Shown here piece by piece: positions 18,946-26,877 of a stretch of DNA of 32,000 nucleotides. Position 1 is the stretch's first letter. Every line of letters starts with the position of its first letter. The position numbers were made by a program, and so were the translations under genes. Under the pieces are notes generated by a model. That model was not told the DNA's origin. It searched no databases and saw only the letters and a program-made list of their open reading frames with translations. The DNA lies in NCBI RefSeq assembly GCF_000010065.1, contig NC_006576.1:1140001-1172000 (forward strand), written 5' to 3'. The DNA is from Synechococcus elongatus PCC 6301 (GTDB taxonomy: Bacteria > Cyanobacteriota > Cyanobacteriia > Synechococcales > Synechococcaceae).

Positions 18946-19556
18946 TGACCGTTCCCGATTCCGTCACCCCGTGGTGGCAACAACTCTGGCAGCACCAAAA
19001 GGAAAACCTTTTGTTAGTGCTGCTGGCCATCGTTCTAGCGCTGGTAATTCGCGGCTGGGTTGCGGAACCGCGCTTCATCCCCTCTGATTCCATGCTGCCG
19101 ACGCTGCACGTGGGCGATCGCCTACTCGTGGAAAAAATCAGCTATCAACTGCACACCCCCCAGCCAGGAGACATCGTTGTTTTTCAGCCTCCGCAGATTT
19201 TGCAGCAGGCTGGCTATGGCGCTGATCAGGCCTTCATCAAACGGGTGATTGCACGATCGGGGCAGACCGTCCAAGTTCACAAGGGTCAAGTCTGGGTGGA
19301 TGGTCAACCCTTGACAGAGCCCTACGTGGCGGAATTGCCTGCCTACGAGTGGGGGCCCTATCCCGTGCCCGAACATTGCCTGTTTGTGATGGGTGATAAC
19401 CGCAACAACAGCAATGACTCACACATTTGGGGGTTCTTGCCCGAGAGGAATGTCATTGGTCGCGCTTGGGTGCGCTTTTGGCCATTGGATCGTTGGGGAC
19501 GGGTGACAGCTCCAGCGATCGGAACCCGCCTCGAGCAGACTGCACCGCTCGGCTAG
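18945..19556 (+). CDS. lepB: Signal peptidase I (second copy)
   Basis: 203 aa from ATG at 18945, overlapping the lepA stop (TGATG); PSDSMLPTL Ser motif, FIKRVIARSG Lys motif, GDNRNNSNDSHIWG. Confidence 0.95.
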   Translation: MTVPDSVTPWWQQLWQHQKENLLLVLLAIVLALVIRGWVAEPRFIPSDSMLPTLHVGDRLLVEKISYQLHTPQPGDIVVFQPPQILQQAGYGADQAFIKRVIARSGQTVQVHKGQVWVDGQPLTEPYVAELPAYEWGPYPVPEHCLFVMGDNRNNSNDSHIWGFLPERNVIGRAWVRFWPLDRWGRVTAPAIGTRLEQTAPLG

Positions 19557-19583
19557 AGTGAAAACAGACAGATTTATTGGACG

Positions 19584-19886
19584 GTGATGATGAGTTCTTC
19601 GCTTGGTCTACTGCTCAACACGCTTTCAATCACCCTCAACATCTACTTTGTCCTGCTGATCATCCGCGTCTTACTGAGCTGGTTCCCTAACTTTCAGAGC
19701 AGTCAGTTCATGCTGATTTTGGGTCAACTCACCGATCCCTATTTGAATCTGTTCCGGCGCGTCATTCCGCCCTTGGGTGGCATGGACTTTTCACCGATTT
19801 TGGCCTTTTTCATCTTGCAAGCCGTGACCCAAGCCGTTCAACAGCTTGCCGTCCAAACCTCGGGCAGTTTTTCGGCTTTTTACTAA
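19584..19886 (+). CDS. YggT family integral membrane protein (YlmG/Ycf19-like)
   Basis: 100 aa; LLIIRVLLSWFPNFQSS... LTDPYLNLFRRVIPPLGGMDFSPILAFFILQ. Confidence 0.92.
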   Translation: MMMSSSLGLLLNTLSITLNIYFVLLIIRVLLSWFPNFQSSQFMLILGQLTDPYLNLFRRVIPPLGGMDFSPILAFFILQAVTQAVQQLAVQTSGSFSAFY

Positions 19887-19917
19887 AGCTCGAATTAAGG
19901 CGATCGCTCGGTCCGGT

Positions 19918-20232
19918 TCAAGCCGCTTCTAGCGGTGCCATGGTCAGGCCTTCACGCCGCAACTGTTCGTGATAGAGCTCCGCTTGCTCTTGGGGGCCGC
20001 TCCAAACGGTGGCGGCTCCTTCGTAGTGGACCTGATTCGTGAGATCCCAAGCGCGATCGCCGGTCATGCCCGGAATGTATTTCAGCAGGCATTCCGCCAC
20101 GTGCTGAAACGTATTGACGTCATCATCGAGCACGATCACACGGAAGTGCGGATAGGGCTGGCGAACCCGCGTTGTCGTTGTACCCGGGGCAGTAGCTGGT
20201 GCGGCGATCGCTTGCAGAGAACAGGTCAACAC
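19918..20232 (-). CDS. clpS: ATP-dependent Clp protease adaptor ClpS
   Basis: [46 protein letters not shown] core. The start is uncertain: in-frame GTG at 20232 gives about 104 aa; ATG at 20328 and the longest ORF (20421) are alternatives. Confidence 0.88.
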   Translation of the reverse strand: MLTCSLQAIAAPATAPGTTTTRVRQPYPHFRVIVLDDDVNTFQHVAECLLKYIPGMTGDRAWDLTNQVHYEGAATVWSGPQEQAELYHEQLRREGLTMAPLEAA

Positions 20233-20326
20233 GGTCAAAACAAAAGCATCGTTTCTCGATCGTTTTTTAACACAAGGGCGAGGGACGCCTAGAATACTAA
20301 GAACGCTCTCATCAGGTTGGGGACTC

Positions 20327-20431
20327 ATGGAACTGTTGACCTTCGGTTGGGCCGCTTTGCTGGCTGTCTTCACGTTCTCGCTGGCAATGGTGGTCTGGGG
20401 TCGGAATGGCGACGGCAGCATTGGCTTCTAG
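20327..20431 (+). CDS. petN: Cytochrome b6-f complex subunit PetN (34 aa)
   Basis: Manual translation: [34 protein letters not shown]; matches the PetN pattern M(D/E)(I/L)LT.GW...FTx[10 protein letters not shown]. Confidence 0.88.
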   Translation: MELLTFGWAALLAVFTFSLAMVVWGRNGDGSIGF

Positions 20432-20446
20432 GTCAGCGCGATCGCT

Positions 20447-20584
20447 ATGACTGAATTTTTACCGTCCATCTTGGCAGTGGTCGCCCTCAGTTTGATGGTG
20501 GCGGTTACTGCTGGTGTCATCTATCTCACCGCTGTCGATTGGCGAGATAAGCGTCGTCGGGCTCGCGAAGGCAGCTCCCGCTAG
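20447..20584 (+). CDS. Small single-TM protein, 45 aa, function unknown
   Basis: Manual translation: MTEFLPSILAVVALSLMVAVTAGVIYLTAVDWRDKRRRAREGSSR*; TM helix followed by a basic tail, 15 nt after petN. Confidence 0.65.
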   Translation: MTEFLPSILAVVALSLMVAVTAGVIYLTAVDWRDKRRRAREGSSR

Positions 20585-20616
20585 CGATCGCGCCCATCCA
20601 TCGGCACTGAATGACC

Positions 20617-20652
20617 AAAAACCGCCACAGCGTTCTGCCATGGCGGTTTTTT
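20617..20652. terminator. Bidirectional rho-independent terminator
   Basis: AAAAACCGCCA (20617-20627) pairs with TGGCGGTTTTT (20641-20651), with further T at 20652; it lies between convergent genes. Confidence 0.82.
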
Positions 20653-20677
20653 GCTAGGCAATTAATGCCGGTGTTGG

Positions 20678-21784
20678 TTAGACAGATGCTGCTTCCAAAC
20701 TGGGATAGTCGGTGTAGCCGTGCTCATCGCCACCGTAGAAGGTGTTGCGATCGTAGGGATTAAGGGGCGCATCTAAGGCAAAACGCTCCACCAGGTCGGG
20801 ATTGGAGATGTAGAGTCGGCCAAAGGCGACTAAATCTGCTGCTCCCGAGGCAATCGCGGCTTCAGCAGTCGAGCGACTGTAACCACCGGCGGCAATCACT
20901 GGACCGTTGTAGAGCGATCGGAACACCGGCGTTGCCATCTGGTTGAATTCAGGACTTTCCTCCGCCTTGTCCCAACGCGGTTCAATCCAGTGCAGGTAAG
21001 CCAGATTGTAAGGATTCAGCATCTGGGCGACATAGCTGAACAGACCGACGGGATCGGAGTCGCGCATGTCATTGAACTGGCCCCAAGGGGAGAGGCGTAG
21101 ACCAACGCGATCGCTTCCCCAAACACTGATCACGGCGTCGAGGACTTCGCGCAGGAAACGGCTGCGGTTTTCAAAGGAACCACCATAGCGATCGCTACGC
21201 TGACTGGTGCCATCCTGCGAAAACTGATCGATCAGATAGCCGTTGGCCCCGTGGACCTCAACACCATCAAAGCCCGCCGCTAAAGCATTTTCAGCCGCAC
21301 GGCGATAGTCTTCCACAACGCCCGCAATCTCCTCGGTTTCCAAAGCGCGCGGCGTCACAAAGGGCTGTTCTCCTTGGAAGGTTGCAGCCATGCCTGCTGG
21401 CTGAATTGCACTCGGAGCAACGGGCAGTGCGCCGTCGGGCTGCAGCGATGGATGGGAAATCCGCCCGACGTGCCAAAGCTGCAAGAAGATGCAGCCGCCA
21501 CGATCGTGGACGGCCTGCACAATCGGTTTCCACCCTTCAACCTGTTCAGGCGAGTGGATGCCTGGGGTGAGGGGGTAGCCCTGTCCTTGCGGTGAAATCT
21601 GACTGGCTTCCGTGATAATCAGCCCTGCTGAAGCGCGTTGCTGGTAATAGAGAACGTTCAGGTCGTTGGGGATATTGTCTGGCCCAGTGGCACGGTTGCG
21701 GGTCAGCGGCGCCATCACAATGCGATTGCGCAACTCGTAGCGACCGACTTGCACCGGCGTCAGCAGTTTGAGCGATTCGGACAT
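20678..21784 (-). CDS. Old Yellow Enzyme family alkene reductase
   Basis: 368 aa; NRIVMAPLTRNRA, LQLWHVGRISHP, DGVEVHGANGYLIDQF, SDRYGGSFENRSRF, PVIAAGGYS, DLVAFGRLYISNPDLVER. Confidence 0.95.
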   Translation of the reverse strand: MSESLKLLTPVQVGRYELRNRIVMAPLTRNRATGPDNIPNDLNVLYYQQRASAGLIITEASQISPQGQGYPLTPGIHSPEQVEGWKPIVQAVHDRGGCIFLQLWHVGRISHPSLQPDGALPVAPSAIQPAGMAATFQGEQPFVTPRALETEEIAGVVEDYRRAAENALAAGFDGVEVHGANGYLIDQFSQDGTSQRSDRYGGSFENRSRFLREVLDAVISVWGSDRVGLRLSPWGQFNDMRDSDPVGLFSYVAQMLNPYNLAYLHWIEPRWDKAEESPEFNQMATPVFRSLYNGPVIAAGGYSRSTAEAAIASGAADLVAFGRLYISNPDLVERFALDAPLNPYDRNTFYGGDEHGYTDYPSLEAASV

Positions 21785-21861
21785 AGGTCACAGCAGTTCA
21801 TCAAGATCGCTATCCTACGGAATTTTGTTCGAGCGATCGCTGTCTGCAGGGTTTCAGATCA

Positions 21862-22086
21862 TCACTGGGGTGGCACTGGCGGCTCATCAAGCGATTCGAT
21901 CAGTAAATCTAACTCGGCTTGCTTGTCGCGCAGGAAGCGATCGCATTGCTGCAGCCGTTGACTAGCCTGTTGAAACTGCTCCACTACCTCGGCTAGGGGC
22001 AGTTCACCACTTTCTAGTTGTTGGACAATTTGTTCAACTTCCGCGATCGCGGTTTCGTAGCTCCAAGCAGGTTTGGCTTTAGCCAT
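21862..22086 (-). CDS. xseB: Exodeoxyribonuclease VII small subunit
   Basis: 74 aa; SYETAIAEVEQIVQQLESGELPLAEVVEQFQQASQRLQQCDRFL. Confidence 0.93.
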   Translation of the reverse strand: MAKAKPAWSYETAIAEVEQIVQQLESGELPLAEVVEQFQQASQRLQQCDRFLRDKQAELDLLIESLDEPPVPPQ

Positions 22087-22168
22087 TGCGCAATCCAGCA
22101 GTACTAATTTGAACTGTAGCGAGCAAGGGCGAGGCGATCGCTCCTCAGTGAGGCTGGACAGGCGTGCG

Positions 22169-22999
22169 TTATCCCTTCACACCACTGGCAGCCGCCGAAG
22201 GCACAATGTAGCGCTGCAGCGCCAAGAAAACGCCAAAGACCGGCAAAATCGACAACACTGAACCCGCCGCTACCAATCGCCAATCGAGGGAGAAGCCGCT
22301 GGCGAGGGTCGCGATCCCCAAGGGCAAGGTGTAGCGATCGGGCTCATCCAAAATGATCAGCGGCCAGAGGAAGTCACTCCAAGAGCCGATGAACACGAAG
22401 ATCGCCAGCGTAATCAGTGCAGGCCGCGCCGACGGAATCATCACATTCCACCAGACGCCCAAGTCATTGCAGCCATCGATGCGTGCGGCCTCTTCCAAGT
22501 CTTTGGGGATTCCTTGAAAGGCTTGGCGCAACAGAAAAATGCCAAAGGCCGAAGCCAAATAAGGGAAGACCAAGCCAAGGTAGGTGTTGCGCAGGCCAAG
22601 ATTGATGATCAGTACGTAGAGCGGAATCATCACCACCTGAAAGGGAATCAGGATGGTTGCCACAATCAGCAGAAACAAAGTTTGCCGCCCTTTAAATTCC
22701 AATCGCGCCAAGGGATAAGCGGCCAGGGAGCAAAACAGCAGATTAAGTCCCACCGTCAACAGAGCCACCCAGGTGCTGTTAAGGAAGTATTGCCCCAGCG
22801 GATTCTCAGTCCAGACGCGGCGGAAATTATCGAGCGTCGGTTGGGTGGGCAGAAACTGTGGCGGAAACTGAAAAATATCCTCACCAGCTGACTTGAAAGC
22901 CGTGCTGACCAGCCAGAGGAGCGGGATCAACATCGCCACCGCGATCGTCCCCAGCAGCAGGTAGAGCAGAAGCGATCGGAATCCAGCAGAGAGACGCAC
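22169..22999 (-). CDS. Carbohydrate ABC transporter permease (MalG-type)
   Basis: 276 aa, multiple TMs; EAA motif LEEAARIDGCNDLGVWWNVMIPSARPAL and typical N-terminus/WxxPxY-like features. Confidence 0.92.
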   Translation of the reverse strand: MRLSAGFRSLLLYLLLGTIAVAMLIPLLWLVSTAFKSAGEDIFQFPPQFLPTQPTLDNFRRVWTENPLGQYFLNSTWVALLTVGLNLLFCSLAAYPLARLEFKGRQTLFLLIVATILIPFQVVMIPLYVLIINLGLRNTYLGLVFPYLASAFGIFLLRQAFQGIPKDLEEAARIDGCNDLGVWWNVMIPSARPALITLAIFVFIGSWSDFLWPLIILDEPDRYTLPLGIATLASGFSLDWRLVAAGSVLSILPVFGVFLALQRYIVPSAAASGVKG

Positions 23000-23136
23000 A
23001 GCAGTATTTCCTGACCCGAATCGCTCTCAGCCTAGGCGAAGATGCGATCAGCGGGAAGTCTTCTCGCAAGATCGAGGGGCTTAGCCAACATTATTGAGCG
23101 ATGCTGCTCTTCCATCACAGGCACGCCAGCCTCGAT

Positions 23137-23670
23137 CTACAGCCCTGAAAAATCCTTCAAGACGCGCTGCCGACTGCGAGTTAACCAAGATTGGAGCGAT
23201 TCTGCTGCGACCGGTTGATCCAAGGTTGGTGGGGTCCAGCCTAAAGCGACCGTCTGTTTAACCAACCGATAACAGCCCCCATGCTGCTCAATCGACGGCA
23301 CTTCACAGCTGGCGGTTTCCCAAAGATGCGCTGGCCGTTGTCGCTGTAAGCGGACATGGTGACGTTGCCCATCGATTGCAGTGGGTGGTAGCAGGGCTGC
23401 TCCTTGCTGCTGTCGCCAGCGACGGTAGACCGGATTGAGTTGAGTGGCTTTGGCGGCAAAGGTTTGCAGAGAAGCCGTGAGCGCGCCAGCCTGTGCTGCA
23501 ATCTCAGCCGCTAGCCCATCGAGCTGAGCCAGCTCTTGCTGCATATCTGATGCCAGATCAGCAGGAAGGCTCTGAACCTCGGCTTCGAGCTGGGCGATCG
23601 CAGCATCCAACTCGGCCAGAGCCTCGGGTGCAGCAGGCCGAGGCGCCAATCTGCGGGGTTTAGTCTGCAT
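23137..23670 (-). CDS. Hypothetical protein with N-terminal coiled coil
   Basis: About 177-179 aa (GTG 23676 or ATG 23670); helical LDAAIAQLEAEVQSLPADLASDMQQELAQLDGLAAEIAAQ. Confidence 0.7.
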   Translation of the reverse strand: MQTKPRRLAPRPAAPEALAELDAAIAQLEAEVQSLPADLASDMQQELAQLDGLAAEIAAQAGALTASLQTFAAKATQLNPVYRRWRQQQGAALLPPTAIDGQRHHVRLQRQRPAHLWETASCEVPSIEQHGGCYRLVKQTVALGWTPPTLDQPVAAESLQSWLTRSRQRVLKDFSGL

Positions 23671-23817
23671 GGGCACAGTCTCACGTTGCCGACAGCGTAG
23701 CGCGACCTTTTCCGCTCTGGGGAGCTTTTCAGCTAGTTGTGGATGAGCCGGGCAATGAGTCCACCCACATCAGAAAACTCATAATTCTTTATGTTTTTCT
23801 CATGCAAGAACAGCCCA

Positions 23818-23857
23818 ATCCCCCATGTTTGGTAAGCCTCAATACAATTTGGGGGAT
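23818..23857. repeat. Inverted repeat with 8-bp GC-rich arms
   Basis: ATCCCCCA (23818-23825) / TGGGGGAT (23850-23857), 24-nt spacer, in the 540-bp intergenic region. Confidence 0.55.
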
Positions 23858-24216
23858 CGAGCAATTACAGCTTGGGGCAGGGTTGAGGGCGATCGCGAGG
23901 TCTGATCTGAGCAGCTCTAAGCGTGGGTTTTTATCAGCGAATCTTGAGAATCCGAGTAAATTGGCAGCGACAAAAGTGGTTAATTTCTCAGATTTTAATT
24001 ACTGAAGATGCAATTAAATTTCTTGAATCCTATTAGCTAGAAGTACAGCCTTGGCTGACTAGGGCAGGGCTGACAGTGTCATTGCTGATCCCTCGAGTTT
24101 TCTTTAGGTTTTATTTAGAAGTGCAAAGTAGTACTGCTATTATTGGCTTACGCTGAAAGTCTTTGGATCATTCCGAGACTGACTCAGTCGCTGCTAACGG
24201 AGTCTAACGGTTAGCT

Positions 24217-25815
24217 ATGTTGGATGCTTCCATTTCGCCTGTTGTCCTGGTCATCTTGGATGGTTGGGGATATCGCAACGCTACTGAAGGCAACGCGATT
24301 CGTACGGCAGAGACGCCGATTATGGACGCACTCTGGGAGGCGTATCCCAGTACGCTGATTCACACCTCTGGTAAGGATGTCGGCTTGCCTGATGGCCAGA
24401 TGGGCAACTCGGAAGTGGGACACCTCAACCTTGGGGCCGGCCGGATTGTGCCGCAGGAATTGGTACGCATCACTGACGCCGTTGAAGATGGCAGCATCCT
24501 CGAGAATCCTGCCCTGCTCCAAGCTTGTAGCGCCGTTCGTCAGCATGGCAGCAAGCTGCATCTGATCGGTCTTTGCTCTGATGGTGGGGTGCATGCTCAC
24601 CTCGATCACCTCGGGGGCCTATTGAAGCTAGCAGCCGCTCAAGGCATTCAAGATGTCTATATCCATGCCATCACCGATGGCCGCGACACCAACCCCACTG
24701 AAGGCGTTAACTGCATCACCAAGATTGAACGCCTGATCGCCACTGCTGGTGTCGGTCAAATTGTCACGATCTGCGGCCGCTACTTTGCAATGGATCGCGA
24801 TCGCCGTTGGGATCGGGTACGCAAAGCCTACGAGCTACTGACCATTGATGGCGAAGGCTGCGGCCAAACAGCGACAGAAGTCTTACAGGAAACCTACGCC
24901 AAAGGGGTTTCTGATGAATTTGTGGAGCCGACGCGGCTTGCTCCAGGTGCGATCGCTCCGGGGGACGGCGTGATCTTCTTCAACTTCCGCCCCGATCGTG
25001 CCCGTCAGCTAACTTACGCTTTCGTGGAAGCCGAGTTCGAAGGGTTTGAGCGCGACCTGATCCAGCCACTCACGTTTGTCACTTTCACTCAGTACGACGC
25101 CAACCTCAATGTGCCGGTGGCGTTTGAACCCCAGAACCTAACCAATATTCTGGGTGAGGTGGTCGCCAATCATGGTCTGCGCCAGTTCCGCACGGCCGAG
25201 ACCGAGAAGTACCCGCACGTCACCTACTTCTTCAATGGCGGCATTGAGGAGCCTTTCCCTGGGGAAGATCGGGAACTGATCCCCAGCCCCATGGTAGCCA
25301 CCTACGATCGCGCTCCCAAGATGTCGGCGCAGGCGGTGACTGATGCCGCGATCGCCGCGATCGACAAGGGGATCTACTCGCTGGTGGTGATCAACTACGC
25401 CAACCCCGACATGGTCGGTCACACCGGCAAAATGGGCGCGACGGTAGAAGCCATTGAGACCGTCGATCGCTGTTTAGGAAGACTGGTGAGTGCGATCAAT
25501 CGGGCCGGCGGCACGGCTCTGATTACTGCCGACCATGGCAACGCCGAATACATGTGGGATGAAAACGGTGAGCCTTGGACTGCTCACACCACGAATTTGG
25601 TGCCGTTCATTGTGGTCGAAGGCGAGCGACGCAAGCTTCCCGGCTTTGGGACCGAAATCCCCCTGCGGGAAGATGGTCGACTCTCAGATATTGCACCGAC
25701 GATCCTGCAGTTGCTAGGACTACCGCAGCCAGTGGAAATGACGGGGCGATCGATGATTGAACCCGCCGCCTACGAAGTCAAGCAAGGGCGGACGCCGGTT
25801 AAAGTAGGAGTCTAG
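24217..25815 (+). CDS. gpmI: 2,3-bisphosphoglycerate-independent phosphoglycerate mutase
   Basis: 532 aa; VVLVILDGWGYR, GQMGNSEVGHLNLGAGRIV, HAITDGRDTNP, ITADHGNAEYMWDENG. Confidence 0.97.
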   Translation: MLDASISPVVLVILDGWGYRNATEGNAIRTAETPIMDALWEAYPSTLIHTSGKDVGLPDGQMGNSEVGHLNLGAGRIVPQELVRITDAVEDGSILENPALLQACSAVRQHGSKLHLIGLCSDGGVHAHLDHLGGLLKLAAAQGIQDVYIHAITDGRDTNPTEGVNCITKIERLIATAGVGQIVTICGRYFAMDRDRRWDRVRKAYELLTIDGEGCGQTATEVLQETYAKGVSDEFVEPTRLAPGAIAPGDGVIFFNFRPDRARQLTYAFVEAEFEGFERDLIQPLTFVTFTQYDANLNVPVAFEPQNLTNILGEVVANHGLRQFRTAETEKYPHVTYFFNGGIEEPFPGEDRELIPSPMVATYDRAPKMSAQAVTDAAIAAIDKGIYSLVVINYANPDMVGHTGKMGATVEAIETVDRCLGRLVSAINRAGGTALITADHGNAEYMWDENGEPWTAHTTNLVPFIVVEGERRKLPGFGTEIPLREDGRLSDIAPTILQLLGLPQPVEMTGRSMIEPAAYEVKQGRTPVKVGV

Positions 25816-25835
25816 TTACTTCTGTTTTTCGACCC

Positions 25836-26075
25836 ATGCTGCAAAATATCCTGCAATTCGTCTGGATGGGCTCAGCGGCTGGCCTAGTTGTGCTGGTGTT
25901 GCTCCATAGCCCCAAGGGCGACGGCTTGGGCGGTATTGGCGGTCAAGGTCAACTGTTTACGAGCGCCAAAAGTGCTGAGAGCACGCTCAATCGCGTTACC
26001 TGGACGCTGTTCACCCTCTTTCTGTCGCTGACGATTGTGCTCAGTGCAGGCTGGCTCAACCGCGCCGCTGGCTAG
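25836..26075 (+). CDS. secG: Protein-export membrane protein SecG
   Basis: 79 aa; two hydrophobic helices flanking VLLHSPKGDGLGGIGGQGQLFTSAKSAESTLNRVTW. Confidence 0.9.
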   Translation: MLQNILQFVWMGSAAGLVVLVLLHSPKGDGLGGIGGQGQLFTSAKSAESTLNRVTWTLFTLFLSLTIVLSAGWLNRAAG

Positions 26076-26079
26076 TTCT

Positions 26080-26877
26080 GTGCGGGTTCAGCGATCGCGA
26101 CTATGGCGACAGGGATTACTCCTATCGCTTCTACTAACTTTGCTGGCCGTGGCGCTTCCGATCGCTAGTCACTCAGCATCACCGAGCGATCGCTGTCAGG
26201 CTGATCGCAGTCGGCAAGTTTTGTCGAACAGCACCGAATTGCCGATCGCCCAACGAGTACATCCTTTGCCCGGCAACTGGGCTGGTTTGCCGCAGTCCAG
26301 CAATCACTATCTCGAGGCGATCGCTCCTAGTCGCTACGGATACTTGGTTTGGGCGGTGTCGCCGCTCTGTATCTACATTGAGCCTGCGAGTGTGGGCGAC
26401 ACAGCGGCGGAGCAACGGCAACAGCAGTGGCAGCAGGCAGTCAATCAAGCTGTGGCAGACTGGCGCCCCTACTTTGACCTCCAGCTCGTCAGTAATCCTG
26501 CAAAGGCAGACATCAGCATTTGGCGGCGATCGCCACCGCTCCGCCGCAATGCAGACGGGCAGCTCGATCGGGCTCGCACCGCTGAAACCAGCTTAGTCTT
26601 CTACCGCGAAGGCGATCGCGCCTTACCCCGCTACCGAATTGACCTCGGCCTCACGCAGGGCTTTGCCGGGCTGGTCTCTACTGCTCGCCATGAGTTGGGC
26701 CATGCTTTTGGCCTCTGGGGTCATAGCGATCAACCTGAGGATGTGATGTACGTCGCTCAGTCAAGCCGCAATATTCAGCTGACCGACCGCGACCTAGGAA
26801 CGCTGCGGCACCTCTACCAGCAACCGACCCAGCTGGGCTGGCCGCTGCCGCGATCGCAGGATGGGCGGTCGCAGTAG
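26080..26877 (+). CDS. Secreted/anchored zinc metalloprotease-like protein (matrixin/metzincin-like)
   Basis: Signal-like N-terminus (WRQGLLLSLLLTLLAVALPIASHS), TARHELGHAFGLWGHSDQPEDVMY with Met-turn-like VMY. In-frame GTG at 26080 avoids overlap with secG. Confidence 0.82.
   Translation: MRVQRSRLWRQGLLLSLLLTLLAVALPIASHSASPSDRCQADRSRQVLSNSTELPIAQRVHPLPGNWAGLPQSSNHYLEAIAPSRYGYLVWAVSPLCIYIEPASVGDTAAEQRQQQWQQAVNQAVADWRPYFDLQLVSNPAKADISIWRRSPPLRRNADGQLDRARTAETSLVFYREGDRALPRYRIDLGLTQGFAGLVSTARHELGHAFGLWGHSDQPEDVMYVAQSSRNIQLTDRDLGTLRHLYQQPTQLGWPLPRSQDGRSQ

Noticed and set aside
20233-20421. Long N-terminal extension of ClpS in the ORF track
   Set aside because: It would run antisense through petN and add about 60 residues not expected for ClpS. 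A shorter start is more plausible, although the exact codon is unresolved.
23739-24005. 88-aa ORF in the gpmI upstream region
   Set aside because: No recognisable domain, unusual composition compared with neighbouring genes and no good evidence of coding. It may overlap regulatory or RNA elements instead.
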